Positions 10,600-19,635 of a DNA stretch of 64,000 nt are shown one piece after another (within the stretch, counting starts at the first letter, position 1; the number at the start of each line of letters is the position of its first letter). The translations under genes and the position numbers were made by a program. The stretch comes from Chloroflexota bacterium (GTDB lineage Bacteria; Chloroflexota; UBA11872; VXOZ01). A model generated the notes under the pieces. It had not been told where the DNA came from. It searched no databases and saw nothing but the letters and a program-made list of their open reading frames with translations. Where the stretch lies: assembly GCA_965221905.1 (NCBI GenBank), contig OZ244922.1, forward strand, positions 256,001 to 320,000. The letters run 5' to 3'.

Positions 10600-11283
10600 T
10601 CAGTTCTCCTGGAACTTGCCGATCTGCACGTCACGCACGATGCGACCGTTATCCAAAGCTACCACACGACGTGAGAATCCATCAACTACGTCGCGATCGT
10701 GCGTTGCCACGATTGTCGTGATGCCGAGCTGGTTGATTTCCATCAGGAGGGAGGTGATTTCCCATGCCACATCGGGTGAAAGGCTGGCCGTTGGCTCATC
10801 GGCGATGAAGATATCGGGACGATGCACAATGGCGCGCGCTATCGCGGCTTTGCGCTGCTCTCCGCCGGAAATCTGACCGGGGAGGAAGGAAGCTCTGTGC
10901 TGGAGTCCCACCAATTCAAGCGCATCTGCCGCGCTGGTTCGGGCGCGCTTTCCCGCGCAACCCTGAATTTGCAGAGCCAGCGCCACGTTTTCCGCCACGG
11001 TTTTACCTGGAAAAAGCTTGAGGTCTTGAAAGACAATGCCAAATCGCCGCCGCAATAAGGGTATCTCAGATTCCTTCATCAGCGCAAGGTCTTGGCCGCC
11101 GACGAGCACCACGCCCGATGAGGCCTGATCGGCACGCACCAACAAGCTAAGCAAAGTGGTCTTCCCGGCACCGTTATGGCCGACGAGAAAGACGAAGTCA
11201 CCTTTCGGAACGCTCAGTGTAACATCGTCGAGCGCGGTGACGCGAAAGTCGTAGACTTTGGAGACGTTGCGCAAAACAATCAT
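10600..11283 (-). CDS. ftsE: Second FtsE-like ABC ATPase (atypical D-loop)
   Basis: GHNGAGKT, IVFQDLKL, ISGGEQ, DEPTASLSP, ATHD. Confidence 0.8.
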   Translation of the reverse strand: MIVLRNVSKVYDFRVTALDDVTLSVPKGDFVFLVGHNGAGKTTLLSLLVRADQASSGVVLVGGQDLALMKESEIPLLRRRFGIVFQDLKLFPGKTVAENVALALQIQGCAGKRARTSAADALELVGLQHRASFLPGQISGGEQRKAAIARAIVHRPDIFIADEPTASLSPDVAWEITSLLMEINQLGITTIVATHDRDVVDGFSRRVVALDNGRIVRDVQIGKFQEN

Positions 11284-11353
11284 GAGAATCCGGTTAGTGT
11301 TGGTGAACGAGGCGTGGGTTTATTAGGTTACAGGGACGCGGCAGGCTGCGCAC

Positions 11354-12247
11354 TTAGATGGTGAGGAACCGGCGAACAGCGAGGTAACTCCCAAAGCCAC
11401 CAATAAGGATACCAAAGAGAGTCAAGGTTAAGAATAGACGAAGAAGGTACGTAGTGTCAAGTGACACCGGAAAGAAGCTAATCAACTGCTGGAGCAGCTC
11501 GTGTACCCATAGGTACGCCACTCCGACCACTAAAGAAGAGAACAGAGCGCCAACCAGCCCGAAAAACACGCCCTCCAACAAGAACGGCCAGCGAATGAAG
11601 TGGTCGGAAGCGCCCATGAGCCGTAGCACTTCGATCTCCCCTCGCCGCGCATAGACCGTCAGCCGGATAGTGCTCCCAATTACAAACAAGGCAACCAAGG
11701 CCAAGCCGGCTCCGAGCGTATAGCCGAGGAAGCGTATAACTTGCACAATCCGAATGACATTATCGAGCACGTCTTTAGGAATTGTCACTTCTTTCACAAT
11801 TGGATTGACCGCAAGCAAACTGGCAAGAGACAGGAGGTGGTTAGGATCGTCTGAGCGCACTTCGAGGCTGGCGGGTAAGGGATTGCGATTGCTTATCAGC
11901 GGTAGCAAGAGGTCCGGTTCGTCCTTAAAGTGCGCCCGCAGGCGTTCCAATGCCTCTTCCGGGGTAATGTACCCCACGTCTATGACACGAGGATCGTCGA
12001 GCAATTGCTGCCGCAATGCGAGTACGTCCGACGGTGGAGCGTCGTCCACGAGGTCAATGATGAGGTTCACCCGCTCCTCCATACTGGCAATCATGACCGA
12101 TAGCGCGTTCTCCACGATGAGGAACATGCCAAGTGTCGTGATCATGAGCGAGACGATCAGCACCGTGATCACCGTCATGGTGCGATGGCGCCAGGCGTTC
12201 ACGATCGCACTGCCGGACATTGTGGTAAGGTAGCTAGGTCCGGCCAT
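11354..12247 (-). CDS. ftsX: Cell division permease FtsX
   Basis: 4 TM, NPLPASLEV, TIRLTVYARRGEIEVLRLMGASDHFIRWPFLLEG. Confidence 0.93.
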   Translation of the reverse strand: MAGPSYLTTMSGSAIVNAWRHRTMTVITVLIVSLMITTLGMFLIVENALSVMIASMEERVNLIIDLVDDAPPSDVLALRQQLLDDPRVIDVGYITPEEALERLRAHFKDEPDLLLPLISNRNPLPASLEVRSDDPNHLLSLASLLAVNPIVKEVTIPKDVLDNVIRIVQVIRFLGYTLGAGLALVALFVIGSTIRLTVYARRGEIEVLRLMGASDHFIRWPFLLEGVFFGLVGALFSSLVVGVAYLWVHELLQQLISFFPVSLDTTYLLRLFLTLTLFGILIGGFGSYLAVRRFLTI

Positions 12248-12923
12248 ATTGATAGGTGCCCCTTAATTCGTCTCGCGCTATCTCCCCCCGGACCAGCTCG
12301 ACTACCCGGCGGCGCGCGCGATTGACCATCTCTTTGTCGTGGGTGGCCATGACTACGGTAGTCCCCAGCCCGTTAATGCGCACCAGTAGATCCACGATTT
12401 CGGCTGAGGTCACGGGGTCCAGGTTGCCGGTAGGTTCATCGGCAATGAGCAAATCGGGTTTGCGAATTACCGCGCGGGCAATGGCAACCCGCTGCTGCTC
12501 GCCACCCGACAGAGTAAGAGGGAATGTCTCGGCAAACTGCGTTAAGCCGACCAAGGCCAGAGTCTCCGGCACGAGTCTCTCAATGTCTCCGCGCGAACGA
12601 TTGGCCACGCGGAGCGCCATCGCCACGTTCTCGGCCACAGTCTTATTCGGTAGCAAGCGGAAGTCTTGGAAGATCATGCTCACCTTACGGCGAAAAAGGG
12701 GAAGGTGACGCTTGGACAATTGGAGCACGTTGTGTCCGGCGACAATAATCTGTCCCGAAGTGGGAAGCTCTTCACGGATGAGCAATCGCACGAGCGTAGA
12801 CTTGCCAGCGCCACTTACGCCAACGAGGAAGACAAACTCTTGCTGCGCAATCTCTAGATCGATGTTCTTAAGCGCGTGGATACCGTTTGCATAGATCTTG
12901 GAAACATCGTGCAGGAGAATCAT
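12234..12923 (-). CDS. ftsE: Cell division ATP-binding protein FtsE
   Basis: GVSGAGKST, FQDFRLL, LSGGEQQRV, DEPTGNLDP, ATHD; overlaps ftsX start. Confidence 0.93.
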   Translation of the reverse strand: MILLHDVSKIYANGIHALKNIDLEIAQQEFVFLVGVSGAGKSTLVRLLIREELPTSGQIIVAGHNVLQLSKRHLPLFRRKVSMIFQDFRLLPNKTVAENVAMALRVANRSRGDIERLVPETLALVGLTQFAETFPLTLSGGEQQRVAIARAVIRKPDLLIADEPTGNLDPVTSAEIVDLLVRINGLGTTVVMATHDKEMVNRARRRVVELVRGEIARDELRGTYQYGRT

Positions 12924-13119
12924 GGTGGGTCTTGTGCGCTAACAGTGAGCAAGAACGCTAGCGCCTGTGTGGTGTGCGATGGACGCTTTCGTGGTTGCAG
13001 GAGTTAGTTCTCATTATACGAGGATGAGGGCACGTCGTCACTAGGCACGGCGGCCGTAAGCGCGAATCTGAGTGGCGATTCAATCACCCGGCATGGGGTT
13101 TCGGGACTTGCTGCGCGGC

Positions 13120-14337
13120 CTACGCAGTCGGCGATGAACGGACCGCCATGCGCGCGCGGTACTTGCCGCCCTGCCGCATGAGCCTGAGGTAGAGGATGGA
13201 CAGGGCAACTGGCAGCACCGGTGACAGCATGAGTACGGTGAACGCGGCGGGCAGCCCGAAGCTATCCGCGAAGAGCCCGACAAACGGTGTGCCCATGCCG
13301 CTGATTCCCCAAGCGAAACCTACCATCATGCCCGATGCCATCGCTCGCTGCTTCGGCAGGAGCTCATGGCTCATGACCACGGTGACGGCGAATGTGGAAA
13401 CGGTAAAACCGCCAATGAAAACCAGCATGAGGGGCAGCCAAAATCCGCTGGTGTGCAAGAATATGTAAACGAACAGCGGTACCGGCGCGAGCGACCAGAG
13501 GAGCAGGCCCTCTTTGCTCGTGCGGTCGGCCACGTAACCCCCCACGAGCGTGCCGATTGCGCCGCTGAAGAGTAGAAAGGGCAGTAGTCCCGCTGCCGCT
13601 TCCGGTACGGTCATTCCCAGTTCTGCTACGGCATAGAGCGGAATGAAGGTACTGAGACTTACCCAGAAGAAGGAGCGGAGAATGACGATGACCAGCAGGA
13701 GGACAAAGGGTGTCAGTACCGGCCGTATATCGAGAAGGGCTGCTTTGAGGTCCGGCGGCGCTACCTCTGCGCCAGTCTCGATTCGCGGCAGGAGCCGCCA
13801 AAGCACGAGCGCCATTATGACGCCCGGTACCACCAACAGTATGAGTCCGCGTTGCGCCTGCCAGGCGTAGAGCACGGCGACCACCACGGGTCCCGCGGCG
13901 ACGCCTAAGTTGCCGCCGACCGAGAAGATAGAGGTCCCGGTGCTTTGCCGGTCCCCGCTGTAGTAGCCGGCTGCTTTATACCCTTCGGGGTGGTAGGCAG
14001 CGATGCCCAAGCCGCCGATGGCGACCGCGATAAGCACAAGCCCGTAAAGCGGCGCCTGCGTGGCGATAGTGACGCCCAAGGCGGCAACAAGCGGTGAGAG
14101 GGGCAGCACCAGCTTTCCATTGAAGCGGTCACTCACATAGCCCAAGATCGGCTGGATTGCGCTAGCGGAAAAGCTGTGCGACGCCGATACGAGCGCCACG
14201 GCGAAATAGGAGAGGCCGAACGTGCTAACAAAGATAGGGAGCATGGCGGGCAGCATACCGCCATAGATATCGGCCATCACGTGCCCCAGGCTCAGCGTGA
14301 GAAGCATGGGCGTGTTCATGCGACGCTTGGTCTTCAA
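13120..14337 (-). CDS. MFS transporter (Fsr-like)
   Basis: About 12 TM; QPILGYVSDR, AAYHPEG, FSVGGNLG, GGYVADR. Confidence 0.88.
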   Translation of the reverse strand: MKTKRRMNTPMLLTLSLGHVMADIYGGMLPAMLPIFVSTFGLSYFAVALVSASHSFSASAIQPILGYVSDRFNGKLVLPLSPLVAALGVTIATQAPLYGLVLIAVAIGGLGIAAYHPEGYKAAGYYSGDRQSTGTSIFSVGGNLGVAAGPVVVAVLYAWQAQRGLILLVVPGVIMALVLWRLLPRIETGAEVAPPDLKAALLDIRPVLTPFVLLLVIVILRSFFWVSLSTFIPLYAVAELGMTVPEAAAGLLPFLLFSGAIGTLVGGYVADRTSKEGLLLWSLAPVPLFVYIFLHTSGFWLPLMLVFIGGFTVSTFAVTVVMSHELLPKQRAMASGMMVGFAWGISGMGTPFVGLFADSFGLPAAFTVLMLSPVLPVALSILYLRLMRQGGKYRARMAVRSSPTA

Positions 14338-14418
14338 CGTGGCACACGCTTCTTTAGGCCATATGCTTTGATTGCCGACTCTTTCTCCTCTTGTTGAAGT
14401 AACCCGATAGCTGCGGTA

Positions 14419-14802
14419 ATTGCTATGAAAATAGATGGTCTAGGCGGTTTCGCTCCGGTAGCGCAGGTTTGCAACCTGCGTCTACGCCCCGTCATTACCA
14501 TGAAAATAGCCCGCGCCTGCTTCCGTCATTCCCGCGAAAGCGGGAATCCATCTGCGTCGCGCACACCCTGGATTCCGGCGCAAGCCGGAATGACGATCAG
14601 GAAGCCGGCCGCCATTTTCGTCCCTCTTATGTGGCCTGCGCCAAGCCATGGTAATACCGGAATCCACTAGCTTTAGGTAGGTAAGTTTCAGCAAGAGGCA
14701 TACAGCGCTCACTCTAATTGGATGCTTGCTATCAAACGAAAAGCCACACCGTCCTGCTGGTGTGGCTCGGGACGCGCCCGCAGGTTGCAAACCTGCGCTA
14801 CC
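14419..14802. repeat. Composite REP/MITE-like cluster
   Basis: Inverted GTAGCGCAGGTTTGCAACCTGCG copies (14458, 14779-14801) bracket an inverted CGTCATTCCCGCGAAAGCGGGAATCCA pair (14524-14595) and ATTACCATGAAAAT inverted termini. Confidence 0.8.
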
Positions 14803-14830
14803 GACGCTTTGGCAAGGCCAAAGGACGCGC

Positions 14831-15100
14831 CTACTCGCGGTAGTCCGTTTCCGTCAGTTCATCCACCAAGACGATCTTGTCCACCTTGGCATTCACCGCG
14901 TCGCGCGCCTCGAGCACAGCCTCTTCGCTCTCCGCTTCGTACAGGCAGTAGCATTTGCTCATGTCGTCAGAAAGGTAGGTGCTGATCCACTCGCAGTTGG
15001 GCAACTGTGCATATATGTCCAACGACTTCTTCTTGTTATTGTCATACTTGTCGCGGGTTAGCTCCGGCGGAAGGTTCCACTCGACGAGAAACTTGGGCAT
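14831..15100 (-). CDS. DUF4242 (SCO4226-like) family protein
   Basis: MPKFLVE, WISTYLS, KCYCLYEAESEEAV; GGAGAGG RBS. Confidence 0.8.
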   Translation of the reverse strand: MPKFLVEWNLPPELTRDKYDNNKKKSLDIYAQLPNCEWISTYLSDDMSKCYCLYEAESEEAVLEARDAVNAKVDKIVLVDELTETDYRE

Positions 15101-15215
15101 CCTCACCTCTCCGTGTTTATTGTTGACTTTCCAACTAGACTCTTTTTTAGCAGGGGAGAAGTGTGTTTGTCAAACGAAATCTCTCCTGCGGCGCGGCAAA
15201 AGGCGCTGCTTGCCT

Positions 15216-15926
15216 TTAGGCGGCGGCCAGCAATTGCTGCATCTGAGCGGGATCGAGCTTGATGGAAGGTCCCATCGTTGCGCACAGATGCAGGGAGCGG
15301 ACATACGTGCCTTTGGTGCTCTCCGGTTTGGCTTGCATGACTCCTGAGTAGAGCGCGGTCAGGTTTGCAAGCAGATTCTCCACGGTGAAGGAAGCCTTGC
15401 CGATGGGGACGTGCAAATTGGCCGTGCGGTCGACGCGAAACTCAACGCGACCGGCTTTGGCCTCACCCACAGCGCGGCCGATGTCGAATGTCACGGTGCC
15501 GGCACGATTGTTGGGCATCAGGCCGCGGGGGCCCAGGATACGTCCCAGCCGGCCCACTGCGCTCATCATGTCCGGCGCGGAGATTGCCACGTCGAAATCC
15601 AGCCAGCCGCCTTCGATCTTCTTGGCAAGCTCCGCGCCGCCGACGAAGTCGGCGCCGGCCTCTTCCGCTTCGCCCACCTTTTCCCCTTGCGCAAAGACGA
15701 GCACGCGTTGCGCCTTGCCGAGCCCGGCCGGTAGCACCACAGTGCCGCGCACCGCTTGTTCCGCTTGGCGTGGGTCGACACCCAGGAGGGCGTGCATCTC
15801 AATCGTGGCGTCGAAGTTGGTGGTTGCGGTCTCTTTGGCTATTTCGAATGCAGTTTGGGGATCGTAGAGTCGTCCCTCTTCAATGCGTTCCAGTGCCTGC
15901 CGATATTTCTTGCTGCGCTGTGCCAT
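15216..15926 (-). CDS. rplA: 50S ribosomal protein L1
   Basis: LGPRGLMPN, GRVEFRVD, TMGPSIK. Confidence 0.98.
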   Translation of the reverse strand: MAQRSKKYRQALERIEEGRLYDPQTAFEIAKETATTNFDATIEMHALLGVDPRQAEQAVRGTVVLPAGLGKAQRVLVFAQGEKVGEAEEAGADFVGGAELAKKIEGGWLDFDVAISAPDMMSAVGRLGRILGPRGLMPNNRAGTVTFDIGRAVGEAKAGRVEFRVDRTANLHVPIGKASFTVENLLANLTALYSGVMQAKPESTKGTYVRSLHLCATMGPSIKLDPAQMQQLLAAA

Positions 15927-15927
15927 T

Positions 15928-16353
15928 TTAGGTGACTACCTCCAAACCCATGCTACGGGCGGTGCCCGCAACAATCTTCATTGCCGCCTCGACGTCGTTG
16001 GCGTTGAGGTCCGGCATTTTCATCTCTGCAATCTCGCGCACTTGCCCCTGGGTAACCCGCCCGACTTTCTCGGTGTTGGGCGTACCGGAGCCCTTATCCA
16101 CCTTGGCCGCGCGGCGCAGCAGGTCGGCTGCCGGCGGTGTCTTGGTGATGAATGTGAACGACCGATCTTCAAAGATCGTCATGTCTACCGGCACGATGTA
16201 GCCGGCTTGGCTGCCCGTGCGCTCGTTGAATTCCTTGACGAAGGCCATGATGTTCACACCGTGCTGACCCAATGCGGGGCCAACCGGCGGGGCCGGTGTC
16301 GCCTTCCCTCCCGGCACCTGAAGTTTGATTACTGCCCGTACTTTCTTTGCCAC
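15928..16353 (-). CDS. rplK: 50S ribosomal protein L11
   Basis: [26 protein letters not shown]. Confidence 0.98.
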   Translation of the reverse strand: MAKKVRAVIKLQVPGGKATPAPPVGPALGQHGVNIMAFVKEFNERTGSQAGYIVPVDMTIFEDRSFTFITKTPPAADLLRRAAKVDKGSGTPNTEKVGRVTQGQVREIAEMKMPDLNANDVEAAMKIVAGTARSMGLEVVT

Positions 16354-16404
16354 GCTAGTTTCTCATTCCTTGCACAAAATGAACTACAAAACGGTCACAG
16401 AATG

Positions 16405-16977
16405 CTAGATTCGTTCCACCTGCAGGAAATCCAGTTCCACCGGTGTTTCGCGTCCGAAGAACGAGACCATCACGCGCACGCGGCCGCGCTCTTGGTTGGC
16501 GTCGTCCACGGTACCGTAGAACTCGGCAAACGGCCCATCGACAATCTTGACGCGGTCGCCCTTACGCAGCACCACGTGCGTTTGCGGCGTCTCTTCCTCA
16601 CCGCGCTTGAGTACCTTATCTACTTCCTCATCGGCAAGCGGCACCGGTTGGTGGTCGTCCCGGCCGGAGCTTACGAAGCCGGTTACTCCCGGCGTGTTGC
16701 GTACGATAAACCAGGATTGATCGGTCTGCTGCATGCGCACCAGCACATAGCCGGGAAAGAGCTTGCGTTCCACGTCGCGGCGCTGGCCCTGCTTGATCTC
16801 TACCTCTTTCTGCGTAGGCACCACCACGTCGAAGATCATGTCCTTGGCGTCCATGGATTCGATGCGCTTGAGCAGGTTTTCGCGCACTTTGTTCTCGTAT
16901 CCGGAGTAGGTGTGTACCACGTACCAGCGGGGGGGTTGCTCTGCCTGCTGTTGGGTGTCTTCTATTTCCAATGCCAT
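16405..16977 (-). CDS. nusG: Transcription termination/antitermination factor NusG
   Basis: WYVVHTYSGYE, FPGYVLV, KOW motif, FGRETPVEL. Confidence 0.98.
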   Translation of the reverse strand: MALEIEDTQQQAEQPPRWYVVHTYSGYENKVRENLLKRIESMDAKDMIFDVVVPTQKEVEIKQGQRRDVERKLFPGYVLVRMQQTDQSWFIVRNTPGVTGFVSSGRDDHQPVPLADEEVDKVLKRGEEETPQTHVVLRKGDRVKIVDGPFAEFYGTVDDANQERGRVRVMVSFFGRETPVELDFLQVERI

Positions 16978-16991
16978 GGTGTTGAAGTCCT

Positions 16992-17282
16992 TTAGGTCCC
17001 CTGTTGGACGAGTAGTGCGAATAGTTTGGCAAAGATATAGTCTACACCGCTCAGGAAGACGCCGGTAACCAAGCTCACCGCAATGACGACGAGTGTAAGG
17101 TTGAGTGCGGTCTCGCGGGTGGGCCAGTGCGCCTTCTTCAATTCGCCGTACGCTTCATGCAGAAACGTTACCGAAGGCCGAAGGAAGCGCGGCAACCGGC
17201 TGCTCGGCGGCACTACCTTGCGGCTGCGAGAATGCTGCCGCGAAGCCTGCCCTCGGCTTGGTGTGGACCAGGGTACTCTCAT
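16992..17282 (-). CDS. secE: Preprotein translocase subunit SecE (start uncertain)
   Basis: [10 protein letters not shown] followed by one TM; between rpmG and nusG. Confidence 0.9.
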   Translation of the reverse strand: MRVPWSTPSRGQASRQHSRSRKVVPPSSRLPRFLRPSVTFLHEAYGELKKAHWPTRETALNLTLVVIAVSLVTGVFLSGVDYIFAKLFALLVQQGT

Positions 17283-17449
17283 CGTGTTTCTCGATGTGCG
17301 AGATGCTTCTGGCAGTAGCGGCAGTACTTGCGCAACTCCAAGCGGTCAGTGACTGTCCGCCGGTTCTTGCTCGTGGCGTAGTTGCGCCGCCGGCATTCCA
17401 CACATGCCAGTGCTATCACACTACGGTCTTCTCGTCCTTTGCGTGCCAT
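17279..17449 (-). CDS. rpmG: 50S ribosomal protein L33, zinc-ribbon (C+) type; not in the ORF track
   Basis: Hand translation [56 protein letters not shown]; AGGAG RBS. Confidence 0.95.
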   Translation of the reverse strand: MARKGREDRSVIALACVECRRRNYATSKNRRTVTDRLELRKYCRYCQKHLAHRETR

Positions 17450-17483
17450 GAACGTGCACTTCTCCTAATCGCGTAGCGAAAGC

Positions 17484-18686
17484 CTACTCCAGGATTTTAG
17501 TCACGACACCGGCGCCGACAGTACGGCCGCCCTCGCGGATAGCGAAGCGGACGCCTTCTTCGAGGGCGACGGGGTTGATGAGGTGGATAGTCATGGTGAT
17601 ATTATCGCCGGGCATGGTCATTTCTACGCCGTCGGGGAGGGCGATAGAGCCGGTGACGTCGGTAGTACGGACGTAGAATTGGGGACGATAGCCAGGGAAG
17701 AAGGGAGTATGCCTGCCGCCCTCATCGCGGCTGAGGACATAGACCTCGGCCTCGAAGAGGGTGTGCGGGGTGATGGACTTCGGAGCGGCGAGTACCTGGC
17801 CGCGTTGGACATTATCTCTTTCGACGCCGCGCAGGAGGCAGCCGACGTTATCGCCCGCCTGGCCGGAGTCCAAGATTTTACGGAACATTTCGACGCCGGT
17901 AACGACGGAGGATTGGATATCGCGCTGGATGCCGATGATTTCGACGACCTCGCCGGTATTGACCTGGCCGCGTTCGATACGGCCGGTGACGACGGTACCG
18001 CGGCCCTTGATGTTGAAGACATCTTCGATAGGCATCAGGAAGGGCTGGTCGATAGCGCGGGCAGGAGTAGGGATATAGTCGTCTACAGCTTCCATGAGTT
18101 CGAGGATGGAGGCGTAGGCGTCATCGGAGGCGTCGTCGCTGCCGCTTTCGAGCGCTTGGAGAGCGCTGCCGCGGATGACGGGGACATCGTCGCCAGGGAA
18201 GTCGTACTTAGAGAGGAGTTCACGGACCTCGAGTTCGACGAGTTCGAGGAGTTCCTCATCGTCGAGCATATCGCATTTATTGAGATAGACGACCATGGCG
18301 GGGACTTCGACCTGGCGAGCGAGAAGGACGTGTTCGCGAGTTTGCGGCATGGGGCCGTCGGGAGCGGACACGACGAGGACAGCGCCGTCCATTTGCGCAG
18401 CGCCGGTGATCATATTCTTGATGTAATCGGCGTGGCCGGGGCAGTCGACGTGAGCGTAATGGCGGTTAACGGTCTCGTACTCGACGTGAGCGATAGCGAT
18501 AGTGATACCGCGCTCGCGTTCTTCGGGAGCGTTATCGATGCTGTCAAAGGGGGCAAAGTCGGCGCCGCCCTGCAGCGCAAGCACCTTAGTGATCGCTGCG
18601 GTGAGCGTGGTCTTGCCGTGATCGATATGCCCAATCGTGCCGATATTTACGTGCGGCTTGGTTCGTTCAAATCGCTCCTTCGCCAT
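17484..18686 (-). CDS. tuf: Elongation factor Tu
   Basis: [29 protein letters not shown]. Confidence 0.99.
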   Translation of the reverse strand: MAKERFERTKPHVNIGTIGHIDHGKTTLTAAITKVLALQGGADFAPFDSIDNAPEERERGITIAIAHVEYETVNRHYAHVDCPGHADYIKNMITGAAQMDGAVLVVSAPDGPMPQTREHVLLARQVEVPAMVVYLNKCDMLDDEELLELVELEVRELLSKYDFPGDDVPVIRGSALQALESGSDDASDDAYASILELMEAVDDYIPTPARAIDQPFLMPIEDVFNIKGRGTVVTGRIERGQVNTGEVVEIIGIQRDIQSSVVTGVEMFRKILDSGQAGDNVGCLLRGVERDNVQRGQVLAAPKSITPHTLFEAEVYVLSRDEGGRHTPFFPGYRPQFYVRTTDVTGSIALPDGVEMTMPGDNITMTIHLINPVALEEGVRFAIREGGRTVGAGVVTKILE

Positions 18687-18849
18687 CGTTTCCTTCCTCT
18701 AACCTTATGAAACTTCACTCAATGTTCTACAGTGCGCGCAAGACATCGGGGGCTGCGCCCGTCGCTGCCTCTAATGAATGCATGAACGGTAGGTGCTGCT
18801 CGAGAAACCTCCGAGTTCCCTCATTTGCGCGCTGCACTCTAACCGCCGG

Positions 18850-18922
18850 AGCCCACAACCGGAATTGAACCGGTGACCTCGATCTTACCAAGATCGCGCT
18901 CTACCGACTGAGCTATGTGGGC
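18850..18922 (-). tRNA. tRNA-Thr (GGT); CCA not encoded
   Basis: GCCCACA/TGTGGGC acceptor stem, TAGCTCAGTCGGTAGAGC D-arm, CGATC-TTGGTAA-GATCG anticodon arm, GGTTCAATTCC T-arm. Confidence 0.96.
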
Positions 18923-19289
18923 AACCCTCTACATGCCAACCGTGAATTGCTATTCGCTCTTGTCATCGGTCGAGACTCACCGGTATGCCTTTGGACAGGC
19001 CACTGGGTCTTCCGTGAGCTTCTCCATTCGTTCGGTATCGCGAATACAGGTTTGGAGATAGAGAAGGCACGGTAACAGTCATCCGTGCCGTTTACCGCAA
19101 ACCCCAGCCTGCTTGCCGGCCCACCGTGTCCTTGGTTCGTTCCCGCTTGCTTGCTTCTACCATCCCGAATGTGCCGGCCGATAGGTGTTCGGCAAGCGAT
19201 GCAGCGGGAAGCAACCTGCCGCACGAATGGGACTTTACCGTGAATCCCACACCTCACTAGGCCTATGCCATGAGGCACAGGCAGACTCA

Positions 19290-19318
19290 ATCATAGCAGA
19301 ACTACCTAGGCCTGTCAC
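19290..19318 (-). promoter_or_regulatory. Putative sigma70 promoter for the tRNA-Thr/tuf operon
   Basis: GTGACA-17 nt-TATGAT with extended TG. Confidence 0.5.
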
Positions 19319-19397
19319 GCATTTGATTGTTAAGAACCGTCGCCAAGATTGCGGAAATAGCGATAAGGCATAGAGGAACAAGAGGTGCGTCACGCGC

Positions 19398-19425
19398 CGT
19401 CATTCCCGCGCAAGCGGGAATCCAT
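19398..19425. repeat. REP-like palindrome family A (ATTCCC-N8-GGGAAT)
   Basis: cgtcattcccgcgcaagcgggaatccat. Confidence 0.85.
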
Positions 19426-19557
19426 CCTCTCGCCCTACGGAGAAATTCGCCCTTGCGGGAGTGCAGATTGGTATTTGATCTTTGACTTCCTCAATTGCCG
19501 GACTTAATGACCAAAGTAGAGCCGACTACGTCGCTCAAAGAATGGCTCGTTAGGTGC

Positions 19558-19601
19558 GGAGCTCTCCTCGCGCCATGGTAGCGCAGCACGAGGAGAGCTC
19601 C
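19558..19601 (-). terminator. Stem-loop after the solute-binding protein gene
   Basis: 13-bp perfect stem GGAGCTCTCCTCG/CGAGGAGAGCTCC. Confidence 0.55.
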
Positions 19602-19635
19602 AACTCAATCCAAGAAAACTTCGTGGACCGAGGCA

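Noticed and set aside
17583-18710. 375-aa antisense ORF over tuf, and similar long antisense ORFs (4920-6107, 15883-16995, 20164-21255, 40599-41819)
   Set aside because: Shadow frames produced by codon bias of well-supported opposite-strand genes
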